NCBI GenBank assembly: GCA_002633005.1
Contig: NMRA01000439.1
Span: forward strand, 1-64,000
DNA length: 64,000 bases
Reading direction: 5' to 3'
Source: Phoronis australis
Taxonomy: Eukaryota > Animalia > Phoronida
Below, in pieces: positions 25,909-38,900 of this stretch (positions within the stretch are counted from its first letter, which is position 1; every line of letters begins with the position of its first letter). The position numbers were made by a program, and so were the translations under genes. The notes beneath the pieces are model-generated. The model ran no database searches. It saw only the letters and a program-made list of their open reading frames with translations, and was not told the DNA's origin.

Positions 25909-27361
25909 TCATGCTGCAACTAAAAGTGTGTGTAATAATATTTTGGTTGTCACTCGATTAATACCAGCAGGTAACTTTCAGATTTTGGACTTGAATTACA
26001 AAATTATCTGTGCATTCGTTATTTTCACTGCAATACGGAAAGCCCCGCCTTTCGCCAGGAACTCAACTGTTATCAGCTTCATACCATTACATGACTGAAT
26101 AGGGACTTTATGGAGTTGCTGGACACGCTTTTATCAGTGATTTGAGTAGGCCATTGTCTGGTCTCCAGCTGCAGGTAATGAACATGGTAATTAGGTATGA
26201 CCAGTTAGTGAACTACTTTCATTCAGTTAAAACTATACACTGGCCTAATTTAGAATCCAGTTGTTAATCGCTTGCTTTGGGAGGGAGAATTTGTGAGACA
26301 TTGAAGTCTCAAGATACGTGACTGTTTTGTTTGAGAGAGAAGCGATCTGTGTAGGAGATTTTCTCTTGACACTCAGGTTACAGGGGACAAGCTAACATAA
26401 AAGAAAAAATTCGAGTTTTTGACAACTAACAGCAAATGTATTATAAACAGCAATTCAATAATGTTCAGTAAAAACAATCGTGAATAAACAAAGAACCTAA
26501 ACGATGAAGCAGGCTTTTGTCCAATCTAACTAAATCGCATAATCCAGCAAACACCTGTTCACCAAAAAGAAACAAAAACTTGCATACAATACAATAATAT
26601 GAGACTAGGAATGTATAAAACTATTCTGGCGTCTTTTGTGTAAAGCATGTATCTATATGCAACTGAACCATGCCATCGAAAGTGAACGTGATAGAAAGAA
26701 TTAAAATTGTCTCTGGAAGAATTGTCAAAAGTCACAGATTTCCTAAAATCCTCAGTCCGTTGAGACATTTGGTAGTTATTAAGAAATTTGAGACAGTGGG
26801 ATCTTCTGCGAAGAAAACTGAAGCTTCGTGCCCTCAGCGAGAATCTCGTTTTCTTCAGGAGTTATCGTCCAGATATGGTTCTCCGCGAATTCTTCGACAC
26901 GCGCTGTTTGAACTTGGACACTTGACAACTCGCTAGATTTCTTGTGAGCACTCACATGGTCACATTCTGTCTCACGGTCGACCTTCTCCATATCGCACGT
27001 CGTAATAACTTTCAACGTCTCCTGCAGCGATGGGCGGATACACTGAAAAGCATGTACAAGACGTGTCGATTCATTGGGAAGCAACAATGACGACGGCAAT
27101 AAAGTTGATGACGACGACGACGACGACGACGATGATAGGTTGCAAAACTACAACCGTGTACCCATCTGTAATCTTGGTCATTCTAAAATTCGACGTTGTC
27201 TATTCGTGGATTGAAAAACACAGTGCCATAACGTAGGCATACAGGAAAACGGAGAGAAAGAGTCACCACATAAACACGCCTCCATGCATTTTAGACTTTT
27301 AAGTGCACAACACACGACTGCAAATTTTATAAAATGTTATGAATAGGGATTTGTGAGGTTT

Positions 27362-27806
27362 TTTATGAAATAGCGGGTTTCAAACCTGCAGGAATCGTCT
27401 TTGGCCATGCGCCATGTCGTCCATTACGGTGACCAACTGAAATACAAACATAAAATTGTCAGTCTGAAAATGGCTCCGATCGTTCGACATAACATTGATG
27501 AACACTTACAACAATGGCTAAGAAGTACTTTTGATAGATGAACAGTTAGGTAACCCTTCTCAGTGACGTAAGTGTGAGACATCCCGATTTTATGAAATAG
27601 CGGGTTTCAAACCTGCAGGAATCGTCTTCGGCCATGCGCCATGTCGTCCATTACGGTGACCAACTGAAATACAAACATAAAATTGTCAGTCTGAAAATGG
27701 CTCCGATCGTTCGACATAACATTGATGAACACTTACAACAATGGCTAAGAAGTACTTTTGATAGATGAACAGTTAGGTAACCCTTCTCAGTGTGAGACAT
27801 CCCGAT
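27362..27806. repeat. Recent ~225-bp tandem direct duplication
   Basis: ttttatgaaatagcgggtttcaaacctgcagg...gtgtgagacatcccga occurs twice; the copies differ by one SNP and a 9-nt indel. Confidence 0.92.
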
Positions 27807-29290
27807 AATCTAATCACGAGTTAAAACCCACGGTAAGCGCTTTCGCATTTCCGATTTTCATAGACACCCTTCCATCTAGCGCTACCCTTTTTTAATTCAT
27901 AAACGGACGACTTGACGAGACTTCCACATGTGATCAACATTGTATTTATTTTTTGGCCCTTTTCTTGGCGATCTTTCTGCTGGGGGAAGTTTGAAGGTAC
28001 GATTTTGTAAGTCGCGTTCTCCTCTGAATATGATGATTTTGTTTTGCGACGAATACTTTTGCTAAGGATATATTTCGTCAGCATTAATTTCCTGTCGCTA
28101 ATAAACATCAAAGCAATGATCTATAACTGCACTTCAATCTTGATGTAATTGTATAAGTGTATAATTATATCCTGAACAGCATAATTTCAGAGTTTTCATG
28201 ATATGTTGACGGTTCTTTATGAACGCCGCCATGTTAGCTGCGAGACTAAACTGTAACTGAAGAGAGTCATAATTAGGCTTTCGACAAAGGCATTGCTTCG
28301 GCATACATTAAACCGATTGGTATTAGAAGGAGTTAAAGTTAAGCAAACACAGCTTTCTACCTGATAGATACAAAAATATTTCGTTTAATCGAGATACCCA
28401 TGCTCCTCTGTGTACTCTATAAATGTGGCTGCTTTTTAAAAAAAAACTTTATTGTTTAGTCGTTAATTTGGTTTGTTCAACGCGACTCACATTTTTGCGA
28501 TCGGTAGCTTCGAGAAGCAATTGTGAAATAATACATGTACAATCAAAGCCACTGTCTTCTACGACTCTCAACTTAGCACTTAAAGAATGTTACACACTTG
28601 AAAAAAGAGGAATACCTGAAACATTCTTGCCTACAGGATTTCGTTTCACGAACGTTAGAATTCGCAAATGTCACCAATTCATTCCACATTTTCCAGCATA
28701 TAAAAAGAACATGCTGTTAGGAGTTTTAAAACAGCACTTCATGTACATGTTTACTCACTTTCATCTTTCCTTCAACTTTCCCACATAAAACAAAGCTGTC
28801 ACACTGTCCATTCGAACAATATTCTTAATACTTTTTCGACCCATGATCTCTTTAATGGCCTACCTCAGAAGAATACGTCTTTACAATACGCGATTGAAAC
28901 GTCATTAATTACGGCATATATTAATTGTTGATTTTTTGCTGAATTAGTCTTTCCATAGCCTAGTTAAAAAGTGAAATGTACGATACCTTATTTTAGGTTT
29001 AATATTCAAACACGGATTCCGAGGGCACTGTCTGTCAAATTATGTAGAGCAATGTTGCCTGAGGTCGAGGGCAGAGGCCAGCCAGAGGAACGATGTGTAA
29101 AAATATTGCAGTCAGAGGTGAGTGGGCTTTTCATAATTAGGCAAATCTGACGTTTCGACCGAAGGCAGATCCAAAACGAGCGTTTAATGCGTCTTATCTG
29201 CTGTCTCACGTCTAATTTCTATGACATTAATTTGCAAAATGTCGTTATTCTTGCTAATCACGTGTCATCTTGATGGGCGAACAGAGCCAC

Positions 29291-29303
29291 CCACCAGGGG
29301 GCG
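29291..29303 (+). promoter_or_regulatory. Candidate CTCF site between the divergent genes
   Basis: CCACCAGGGGGCG matches the CTCF core consensus; a second, CCGCTAGGTGGCG, lies at 32336. Confidence 0.35.
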
Positions 29304-32300
29304 TAACAAGAGTGACAGGGGATCAGCAGCTCCCGCGCGGGGGCGCCAGCAGAGCACGGGTGTCAGCATGCCCCCAATATTTAAAAAACTGGCATAACCG
29401 TGGGAACATTTCTTTTAGTAGAGGTCCGAATGAAATGTGAGCGTATTGCTGTCGACACCGATTATTCTACCTCGGTCTTCTCCCATTTCACCATCCTCAC
29501 GCTCGTCACGAAGCTCCTGTGCCGGTAAGGCCTCATTAGCATTACCATGTAGGTGCAGATCCACCTCTTTCTGGATGTCTGTCTGTTCTTCCGTACGTCT
29601 GTCCTCCGTCCGTCCCTCTGTCCATCCGTCCGTCCGTTCGTTTGATCCATCTGTCTGCTGACTGTTGAAGAAATTCGTGCACTGCACCGTAATACTTTTT
29701 CATCATTTTAATGGAGAGAGGTCCCGCCACCCCGCCCCCTCTTTCATAGACTTGTGATCAATGCCTCAACGTAAAATAACCTGAACCCTTTGGGAAAAGC
29801 TACCTTTCCCTGAAAGAGCTCTTACGGCGGCTCTCTGGGAAATACTTATGCAAGGCACCCAAATTGTTCCTTTTCTAGTAGATAACCTCTTTCGAAGTTC
29901 TTCTTCCTTTCACTAGATGGAGCCCCCAACAAACACAGGTGTGAAAGACTAAAGACTGAATGAGAGACTTCCTGTGGCTAGTCAAGCAGACGCGGTCATT
30001 TGGGAACGAGAAATGTGACAGATTGACAAGCTTGCTGCGAGAAAAGGACTCAAAAAATGAGAACTCTTGGTGGACAGTCCATCCGACCTTACAGTTTACC
30101 CTTAACACGTATTTGTTCATTCTTGCATATAGCATAACAGAACTCAGACTTCGGAACCCTCAGCTTGGTATTTGGACGAGAATTTTGATTTCGAATTTAT
30201 GGTTAAAATACTTCAAATCACAGATGACGAATTTTGTTAGATTTGCTAACAATCAAAGGACACGTCAAAGTGCATATTTTGGATTGTGAAATATTTCAAT
30301 TTTTGGCTGTTCGATATGCACTGTTTTTATAGCCTTAGAGCCGTATGTCCAAAAAATAATGGGAGGCATATTCATGTATCTAGGGGACAGCAAATACCGA
30401 CAAAGTGTATGTGCCATAGGGAGATATTCACCCTTTAAGAGAGTCGACGAGGTTAAGTGGCACCCTATGTTAACATGACCCTTTTGCACATTTTTAGCAG
30501 CATTCTTTTGTACAGTATTGTTACTTGTTTGATTGTGTTGCTTTAAATTGTTGGATAAGCGGGACAAGGTGAGAGTTAATCGAACGCATGAGTGACGAAA
30601 ACATTCGGAACGTGAATTCTGCAGTGATATAAGTTTCATGTCGATTTGACCGGAAAAAGACTTTTCAGTACGTGACCGAACGAGCATCCTTCGAGAGATA
30701 TTATATGAGTTTACATGCTCCGGACCCAGCTATATAGCTGTCTGGCTACGTGGATGCATGCTTACACTCGCTATTTACTAGTTATTCTGCTGACAACTGC
30801 AAGACATGATGTGCTTAAGGAAGACCATACCACAGTAGTAAGCATTACTTCACATTGAATTAAGCGGCAGTTTTCCCCCTTTTGTGTGGGAACACCTCTT
30901 GTCATTTTGGAAAGAAAAACCCACAAAAGCACCAGCGTAGAATATGCTTTAAATACAATTCACAATTATAAATTGAAACAAAAACTTTTTAACTGGCTAA
31001 TTTGGTGCATAAACTTCGTTTTGTGTTTGCTATTGGAATATGAACAAGCCTTCATGCTGTTCAAGCCCTGTTTCAGAGATAAATTTAGCTCCAAAGCTTT
31101 TTAAACAGAAAAATGTAATTCAAATCTACCAATAAGATGTATGTGAAAATTTTACCTGATTGAGGTGATAAACTCTCTTTTGCCGACGAGTGTTTTCTGC
31201 CTGCGGCGGCTCATTTTTGTCTTTTAACTTGCTAATTTGGCTGGTATCGTTATGCGCCTGCACTTATAAAATCATTATCTAATAACTCGAGCACATCTAT
31301 CCGATACAATCAAATTGATCTGGAAGATACCAATCATAGGTCCTGGGCTTGAGCCATGGCTTAGGGAAATGAATGATGTATCTCCTGTCATTTGGTTTTG
31401 GCTTGAGTCGCGGGAAACATTTATAAAATCTATTTTTGAACCTTTTCCATAGACTTGGTCTGGGCGCTGGCCATTCATCAATGTGTTTTAATCTTTCATG
31501 CATCATCTCGTTAAAACATAAAAAATAATTGAACCACAGAAGTTATATAAATGGCTTATTAAATCAGCAGGTAAACAATTATAATAATTCAAAACATTCC
31601 GCCCTATCAAGACTACATTTTAGAATATGGATCCGTCGCAGTTGCTGTACATCTGAAGAATTTAGTCATTCAAAATTATATTCTTTACATATCAATTGAA
31701 CCTTTGGCGCCGTTTGATATAGTTTTTCAGTAAAAGTTCCGAACGTTCAATGTTTGGCCTTTTACACGTCTTTTAAGACGTTAAAGATACTATTTCCTTT
31801 ACTTTCACCTGCTTAAATTACAAATTGATATCACTAAAATTAACACTTTTCGTATATTACAGCCATGTACTCCCGTTATATTACTCTTAATTTTTTAAAA
31901 TTTATAAAAAGTGGGCGGACCTTCAGCTAAACCACATTATTTATTATATGTTCGTGATACTCATCCAAATTGTTTCGAAAGTATTACTGCCGATTGCAAG
32001 TGACCTGTTACCCCATTGTGGAGTATGGCCGTGGGAGGCAAGGGAGAAGGCCAGAGTTTTACGAAGTTACTTTCGTCAGATGAATTGGAATCTTTCTACG
32101 GTTCTTGGATGTGTCGTGATTGTGGTGGGCGGAAAATAATCCAGAATTGAAGTCCACTTTTGCTTATTTTTTATCGTTTGCCTCTCAAATCTTAGCTGAT
32201 CACACCTTCGACAAAACATAACGATCTTTCTCGTACTTGTTCAGTTGAAACAGATTGAAAACCTAAACTCACCACGTCTTTAGAGTAAATATCAAAGCGT

Positions 32301-33074
32301 TCGCGGTATTTGTAATTAAAGTAGTTTATAATCTACCGCTAGGTGGCGACGTGAATTTTTAAAAACGTTTTTACTGCTATTTTGACCAATTTTGCTCGTT
32401 TGATTTGTTTAGTGTGACCAGCAGTCAGATGTGTTTTGATTAATAGTAGCGCACTTTACGCGAACTTTAAATTTCAGCATTTTTCCATTTTTCATCATCA
32501 AATTACACAAAAAGTGCGCTTTTAAATGCAGGAACTTTTTACATTTGAACAAAGTTGCCAGGTGAAAGTACTCAAGAAAAGCGCTCACAGACTAATTCTG
32601 TCTTGACGTCATTGTCTTTGAAAAGTAACGTTTCTGCTCCTCCAGAGGAGCACAGTGAATATGCGTTTTCATTATATGATGTTAGTAGATAAACCAACAC
32701 TTAAACTGGCTATACATAATGTCTACTTCTGTGTTCCATTTCCTTTTTGTGTTTCTAAAATACCCTAATTGAGTGACATTTCAAGTACATTGGTTGACAA
32801 AATAGTTAATTTTAGGTTTTGCAGCTGCTGTGAGCTGATTATTGTCCAAGAGAGATGAAGTTTGCCAATATTTGATGGCGGGAAGGTTTTTCAAAGTTTG
32901 CACGAGTTCATATGGCTGACGCTGCGGTGAAATGAAATCTTCATCCATTGACACGTGAGCAGCTGTCGCAAAAAGCAATACATACTTATACTGAATGTTT
33001 CTAAATGGTAAGCGAACTTTGTTGTCTGGGACCCGCTTAGCCAATACTCAGCTCTTGAACAGAGCTGAAGTTCC

Positions 33075-35240
33075 ACCGGAGGCTTTTCGCCACTTGGTGA
33101 AAAAGATATAAACCAAGAGAATGGGAGGAAAATTCTTGTTCAGTGTGTTGGTACAACCACATCAAATTCCCTTGATACGTTTACAAAACCGCAAACGGTC
33201 TTACCAGTTATATTTCGCCTCGTTTTACCTTCGTCTAACAACAACGAATCAAATCGTCTGCCATCTTCTCCCCTTAGTTTTTGCCCTAATGACGTCATAT
33301 AGTCACATGAATGCCAGTTAATGAGCACAGTGAATGGTTTAGTCCATGAGTTCAACGGTAGGTTAAAAATGCAAATGGCGGAGTGACAAGCGAAAAGTAA
33401 AAACTCGAATTTTCGAGTGAATAAGTTATTTCGAAAGACTTGATTTCCGTACTGTTATATATATTCTTGAGATAAATGTGTTCACGCGATAGCAATTTCG
33501 ACGCGTGCAATTCGATGTGTTTGGTACTTGACACGGACTTCCAACCCGATTAATTACCGACTACGGCCGGATATGTCTCGTAACGTGGTCTGGAGCATAA
33601 AAGCTCCAACCTTCTACTGTCTCCCAATAGGTTCTACTATTATTTTATGAAACAAAATGAGGACGCGTGAAATATCAGTGTCTGTGCCTTCACTAAGTCG
33701 GTAAATAGAGTTAGAAGTCCGTGCAATGAAAATGTAGAATTACGTTTTATCCCGTACGCGTTGAATCTGTCGAGGGAAATACAGCCATATAATAATGTTT
33801 TCCGTATTCACCTCCCGCACTACTTCAACTGTGACCTCTGACATGGAAAGTTCAAAAGGTAGGTCAATGTCGACTCGACGTCGATAGCCGGTTCGATCAT
33901 TAAACTTTCGGAAAGTAGTTTAAAGTAATGCAACTGCAACAGTGTGAGTAACACTCAACACGTAATCAGGTCTCAATTGTAACATCCGGAACAGGACTGT
34001 TAATTATGTAACATGTCTGTCTCAGTTTTCAACTGCTAAATAAGATGTCGTCTGCAACTCAGGTGCCGATTCCTCGGTAACTATAATATGAAATATTGTT
34101 GTTATTTAACTATTTTCAGGAGATGTTGCAAGTCCAATGCATAGTTGCCGTTGCTCTCATCTTGGTTATCTGTTTTCAAGTAATAAATCGTTACATTTAA
34201 AACTGTTTCTTTTACTAGAGAAAACTTGCAACCTAACGCGCAAATGCATAAATATAGGATGTGATACGCCACGTCTCGAGTGGAGTATTTGAAAAATCTG
34301 GCGAAAAAATGAAAGAAACTTAAGAATTTGATGCGTATGGGATAAATACAAAACGTATCTCGATTGGTGTAGATGAAGTAATATCCCACTCGACATTATT
34401 CCGCGTATAGACCTCGACTTTCGGTCTCAGTCGATACGCGGAATAATGTCTCGTGGGATATTACTTCATCAACGCCACTCTCGGAACTTTTTGTGCATAT
34501 ACACATCACACTCGAATTGCACAGCAAATACTAACCTGCACACGTGGAAACTGCGATCACTTGAACATATTCGTCTGCAGAAATAATACGGCGAATGCTG
34601 TCGGCAAACCAACCCTTAAACAGCGTTGGAATTCATTAACTAGAAAGTGCAGAATTAAGTCATAAATAGCACACTCGAATTGTGATCTCAACTCTTAAAC
34701 ATAGCAGAAGGAACGTCGGAGGGCTTTTCATCGATTGGTAAAATGGACATAAATCAAAAGAATGGGAGGAAAATTCTTGTTCAGTGTGTTAGTAATAACC
34801 AAATAAATTTCTCTTGACATGTTTAGGTAATCGCGAATGGTATTACTGGTTATATTTCGCCTCTTTTTACCTTTCTCTCACAACGGCGAATCAAATTATC
34901 TGCCATTTTGTAGTTTTTACCTAATGACGTCACTCAGGCTCATGTAGTGACCTGAATGCCAGCCAATCAACCAAGCGAATGCTTCAGTTCACGAATTTAC
35001 AAAACTTCAAATGGAAGAGTGACAAGTCAATGATAAAAAGTCGAATCTTCGAGTGAATTTATAAGTTCTTTCGAAGGGCTCGATTTCCGTGGAGTTACAT
35101 TCACCGTATTATTTTTGCAAATAAATGTGTTCACCAGATTGCAATTTCGACGTGTGTAGATTAATATTTGATGTGCAATTTGAGTGTGATATGTACATGT
35201 GTGACTTAATTCTACACTTTCACTTTACGGACTTCCAATC
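33075..35240 (+). repeat. Two diverged ~470-530-bp direct copies (33075-33545 and 34715-35240)
   Basis: Both contain aatgggaggaaaattcttgttcagtgtgtt, ttatatttcgcctc, ataaatgtgttcac and acggacttccaa. Confidence 0.75.
33745..34500 (-). mobile_element. Inverted copy of the 11470-12150 family with an intact central hairpin
   Basis: gatgaagtaatatcccactcgacattattccgcgta...tacgcggaataatgtctcgtgggatattacttcatc at ~34372-34470. Confidence 0.75.
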
Positions 35241-35917
35241 CTGGTTCAGGGTTGAGTTACAGACAAACTCGAATTAACAGTCAAAAAATAAAAATCAAAA
35301 AATAAATAAAGTTATGGTTCACAGTAGTGAATTACGTACGATAATATTCTAGAATTAGGTCAAACATAAATTAATTTATGTGAGACACAATTATTAATCT
35401 CACACATAATTTCGATTTATGTTAGACATAAATCGAAAGTATGTGGCACTGCGCCAACCGTAGCCAGATACACTGGTGCGCTATCAAAAGCACGGGTACT
35501 ATCGACCCAGCAGCTGTTTACAAGTATGGTCGTCTGGAAAACCAAGTACCCGTTCTTTAAGAGGTCTGAAACCAAGTTTTTACCTACAAAGAAATGCTGT
35601 TATCTACTCAAACGAGAACATGTTCAGGATATTATGCTTAAGTGCTGGACAATGTGACTTGTGTGCGTGTATTTCTGGCAGGAGAGTGAAATGTGTTTTG
35701 ACATGATATTTTACTGAAAAAAAACTTTATTACCATTGCAGTGCATTGCCACCACTCAAAAGCGATTTGTCACAAATTGCCAGCCAGGTTGCGTGTGATA
35801 CAGTGATTCCTCGCCTTTTTGCACACATTATGGTGAATATTTGATATGTAGCGTAACTGTTTCTTGTGATAGCAACAGTTATTTTACTTGTTATATCCGT
35901 GCGTTTAAACTTTTCAG

Positions 35918-38900
35918 AGGACTTGTGTCTACCGTACTAGTGTGATCCTCTATTGCGCTGCTCTGGGTAAGTAAGTTCACTCTTGTGGCTAGTAGAGAGC
36001 AAATTCGTGACTGTTTTTGGCACTGATTTTGTGTCGAAGGTGAGGGAACAAACAAGTTCGTTTACTTAATATTCTCACTGAAAACACAGTATCAAATCGA
36101 TTGCTGGAAACAATAACTGACAAGGGCCCATTTTTGCTGAAAGACGTTGATTTTCAATAATTCTTATCCGTAATTATTTGGTAACAACAAAATATACGAT
36201 TATTGGAACTAACATGCCGATTTTTGTGGTCAAATGATGTACAACTAGCACTCTGTGGGTAAAAGAACTAGCTGAACTGCTAGCTGTTAACGTCTGAGTC
36301 ACGATACATTGTGTTGCTCAGAAGCCGGGTACGTTGAAAATATGGACAATTTTTACATTTGGCGTGGAGCTTGGTTTAATGAAATTTGTCTTATTTGCGG
36401 CTTTTATCTCGCTATGTTTGTTTTAACACTTAAAAATGTTTTCATGGTAAGTGGCGAAAACGACGCTACGAATACGCACATTATGTGACGCTTGTTGTCA
36501 CAGCTCAGTAATCTTGCGTAGTGTCATCTGTTACAGTCAAATTTTTAATCATACACGCCCTTTTCTTTATCATTAAAGCGGCACCAAGCCCGAGCTTTCT
36601 TGCAACAAAACGTTTTGATTTAGGCTACTTATCTTTATAAAACTCAATTCGTTCGTCAGTCAAACTAGAAGCCAGAGTGGGACACCTGTGTTTGAAAAGA
36701 ACTAACAGTTTGTTATTTATTCAGACAAAGCTCGTACAATTTTATGAACTTAAATTGGTGTGAAGAAATACCCTTGATCTCTGGTAGCCACAAATAGTGA
36801 GATAAATTTGAATGCAACTTTTACTTCCGAGGTTGTCTTTTGCCAGTGGACCCGTATACTTGCCGCATTAAGTTCGTACGTATCGTACGAATTTAATGTA
36901 GACTAGACGACTTGGCGGCCATGGGTACGTGTACTTGGTCGTACGGGCATCACCAGGAAGCAAATGCACATAAAGAAGTGGAACTGAATGCAGTCTCTTT
37001 CAATCTTACTATATCGTATATGTATATTATTTGTGGACTCTTGCAGTAGCCGATACGGCTTCTGTGTGATGCGACCAGAGTCGCAGGCGTATTTTGTGAA
37101 CAGTGCTGTAGTGGGGCTTAGGCGCAAGCTAGTAGACGCAGCCAACCACCTTTTGGCATTTGACCGTAGCGCCTGCGCACCGTAAGTTACGTTATAATGG
37201 CACGTAGGGGCAGCCAACCTTCTTTTCACATTACGCATTAAGATTCTTCCTTGCAGTACAGCTGAATGTGAACGAGGATTCAGCGAAATGAATCGGATAG
37301 TCAACAGACGATTGAAGGGCGCCGAGGACACAACCCAAGGACGACTAAAAACGCCGCCAGCATATAGTTTCTGGGCGTTACTCGTCTAATTTCCTTTATA
37401 ATTGTGTTTGGGCCCCCTTCAGAGACCGCTTGGAATGCTCTCGGACCTTTGCCTTCCTGTATGTGTGGTTGGGTCCGCCTTTCTGCGACATCCTAGATTC
37501 GGCACTGCAAACTAGAAGTAAATTCCCACTCGTGAGTCAAAAAATGCCTACATGTTTATGAGGTTTTGCAAATTCAATGCATTTTTAAAATTCAGTGCTC
37601 AAGGTGATACGCTGTGCTTTGGGCGCCTACTTACCTCTAATTTTACCACTACAGCACTGTTTGTGAGACAAAAAAAACAGAAACGCCGTATCCAGTCCTT
37701 GAATAATTGTGTAGTGATTTAACAGATTACTGAACCGTCATATTACGTTAACTTTAGTAGAAAATGTTTAACAAATAAGCGTACTATTTTCTTTGTGAAG
37801 ATGGCCGATTTCATTTCATGCATCTCGACTCAGACGTTCACTAAGCTTTCCATCTGAAGGCTACAGCTTTCCAACATTTAAACAAAAAAACGGTATATTT
37901 GTTACACTTATATTCTGTTTTGCTTCTAGTTTGGCATCCTAGTTTTTAAGCAAAAACTGGCAAAAACGTTTCTATTCGTCGTGCCCCGTGTTAATAATAT
38001 CATAATTCCACTCTTGTATTCTGCCCCGTTTTTTCAATTCAAAAATTGACGGAGAAACAATCCAGTGTTTATACTAAAACTTGCACACATAATCATGCCA
38101 CGGATTTGCTCTCAGACCAAAACTATTTACGATTTGGTAATCTGTGGTAAACACCCACCAGTCGTCCTGCCATCGTTTCCCAAATGCTACCTTTTCGGTA
38201 TTTTGTTATAACCAAACCGACTTTCCGAGCAAATTCCGAGGTCTATACCAGACGAACATGCATCGCTGAATTTTGACGTTAGTCTTCATACACCTAGCCG
38301 GCTGGTGGCCTTGGCACAAAAGTGCGAAAATCAACGCCATTCAGCTGTCAAATTTGTTTCAGCGCCATGAAATAGGGCGGCGCCTATTTTACGTCTGCTT
38401 TCACTTCTTTTGACCAAAACACAAAGACAGACACAGACCGTGGTCAATAACGGGCATTGGGTTTGCTACATGTAGGCCTACGTCGCCGGCTTTCCGCCGT
38501 TCCATGGCGTGGATTGCAGATTCGCGCCAAGGGTACAGCAAGGAACACCAAGTCTCCGTTATAACAAGAAATCTGTATTTCTATAAAACGTAACATAACG
38601 AATGGTTGCGTTGGCCATTTAGAGAACTGCTTGAACATGTCACTTAGTTGGAAGATATTGTGGACCGAGAGATGGTTGTGTTTGTTACATAAGGTGCCGG
38701 AGGGCTAGTTAGGTCCTACAAGTATGGAGTATGTAGCCCTATGCATTTGATCTGCCGCTATAACGTCCTCTGAAATGGCCAGTAATGGTGCTGAATTTAT
38801 TATACGACTCGTGTCACTCAGTGACTTTTAATTCATTTCATTTTGTTTTTTGTTGCGATAACGCTATATATTTTGTTTTCCAGTTTTCGTCCAAGGGTTA

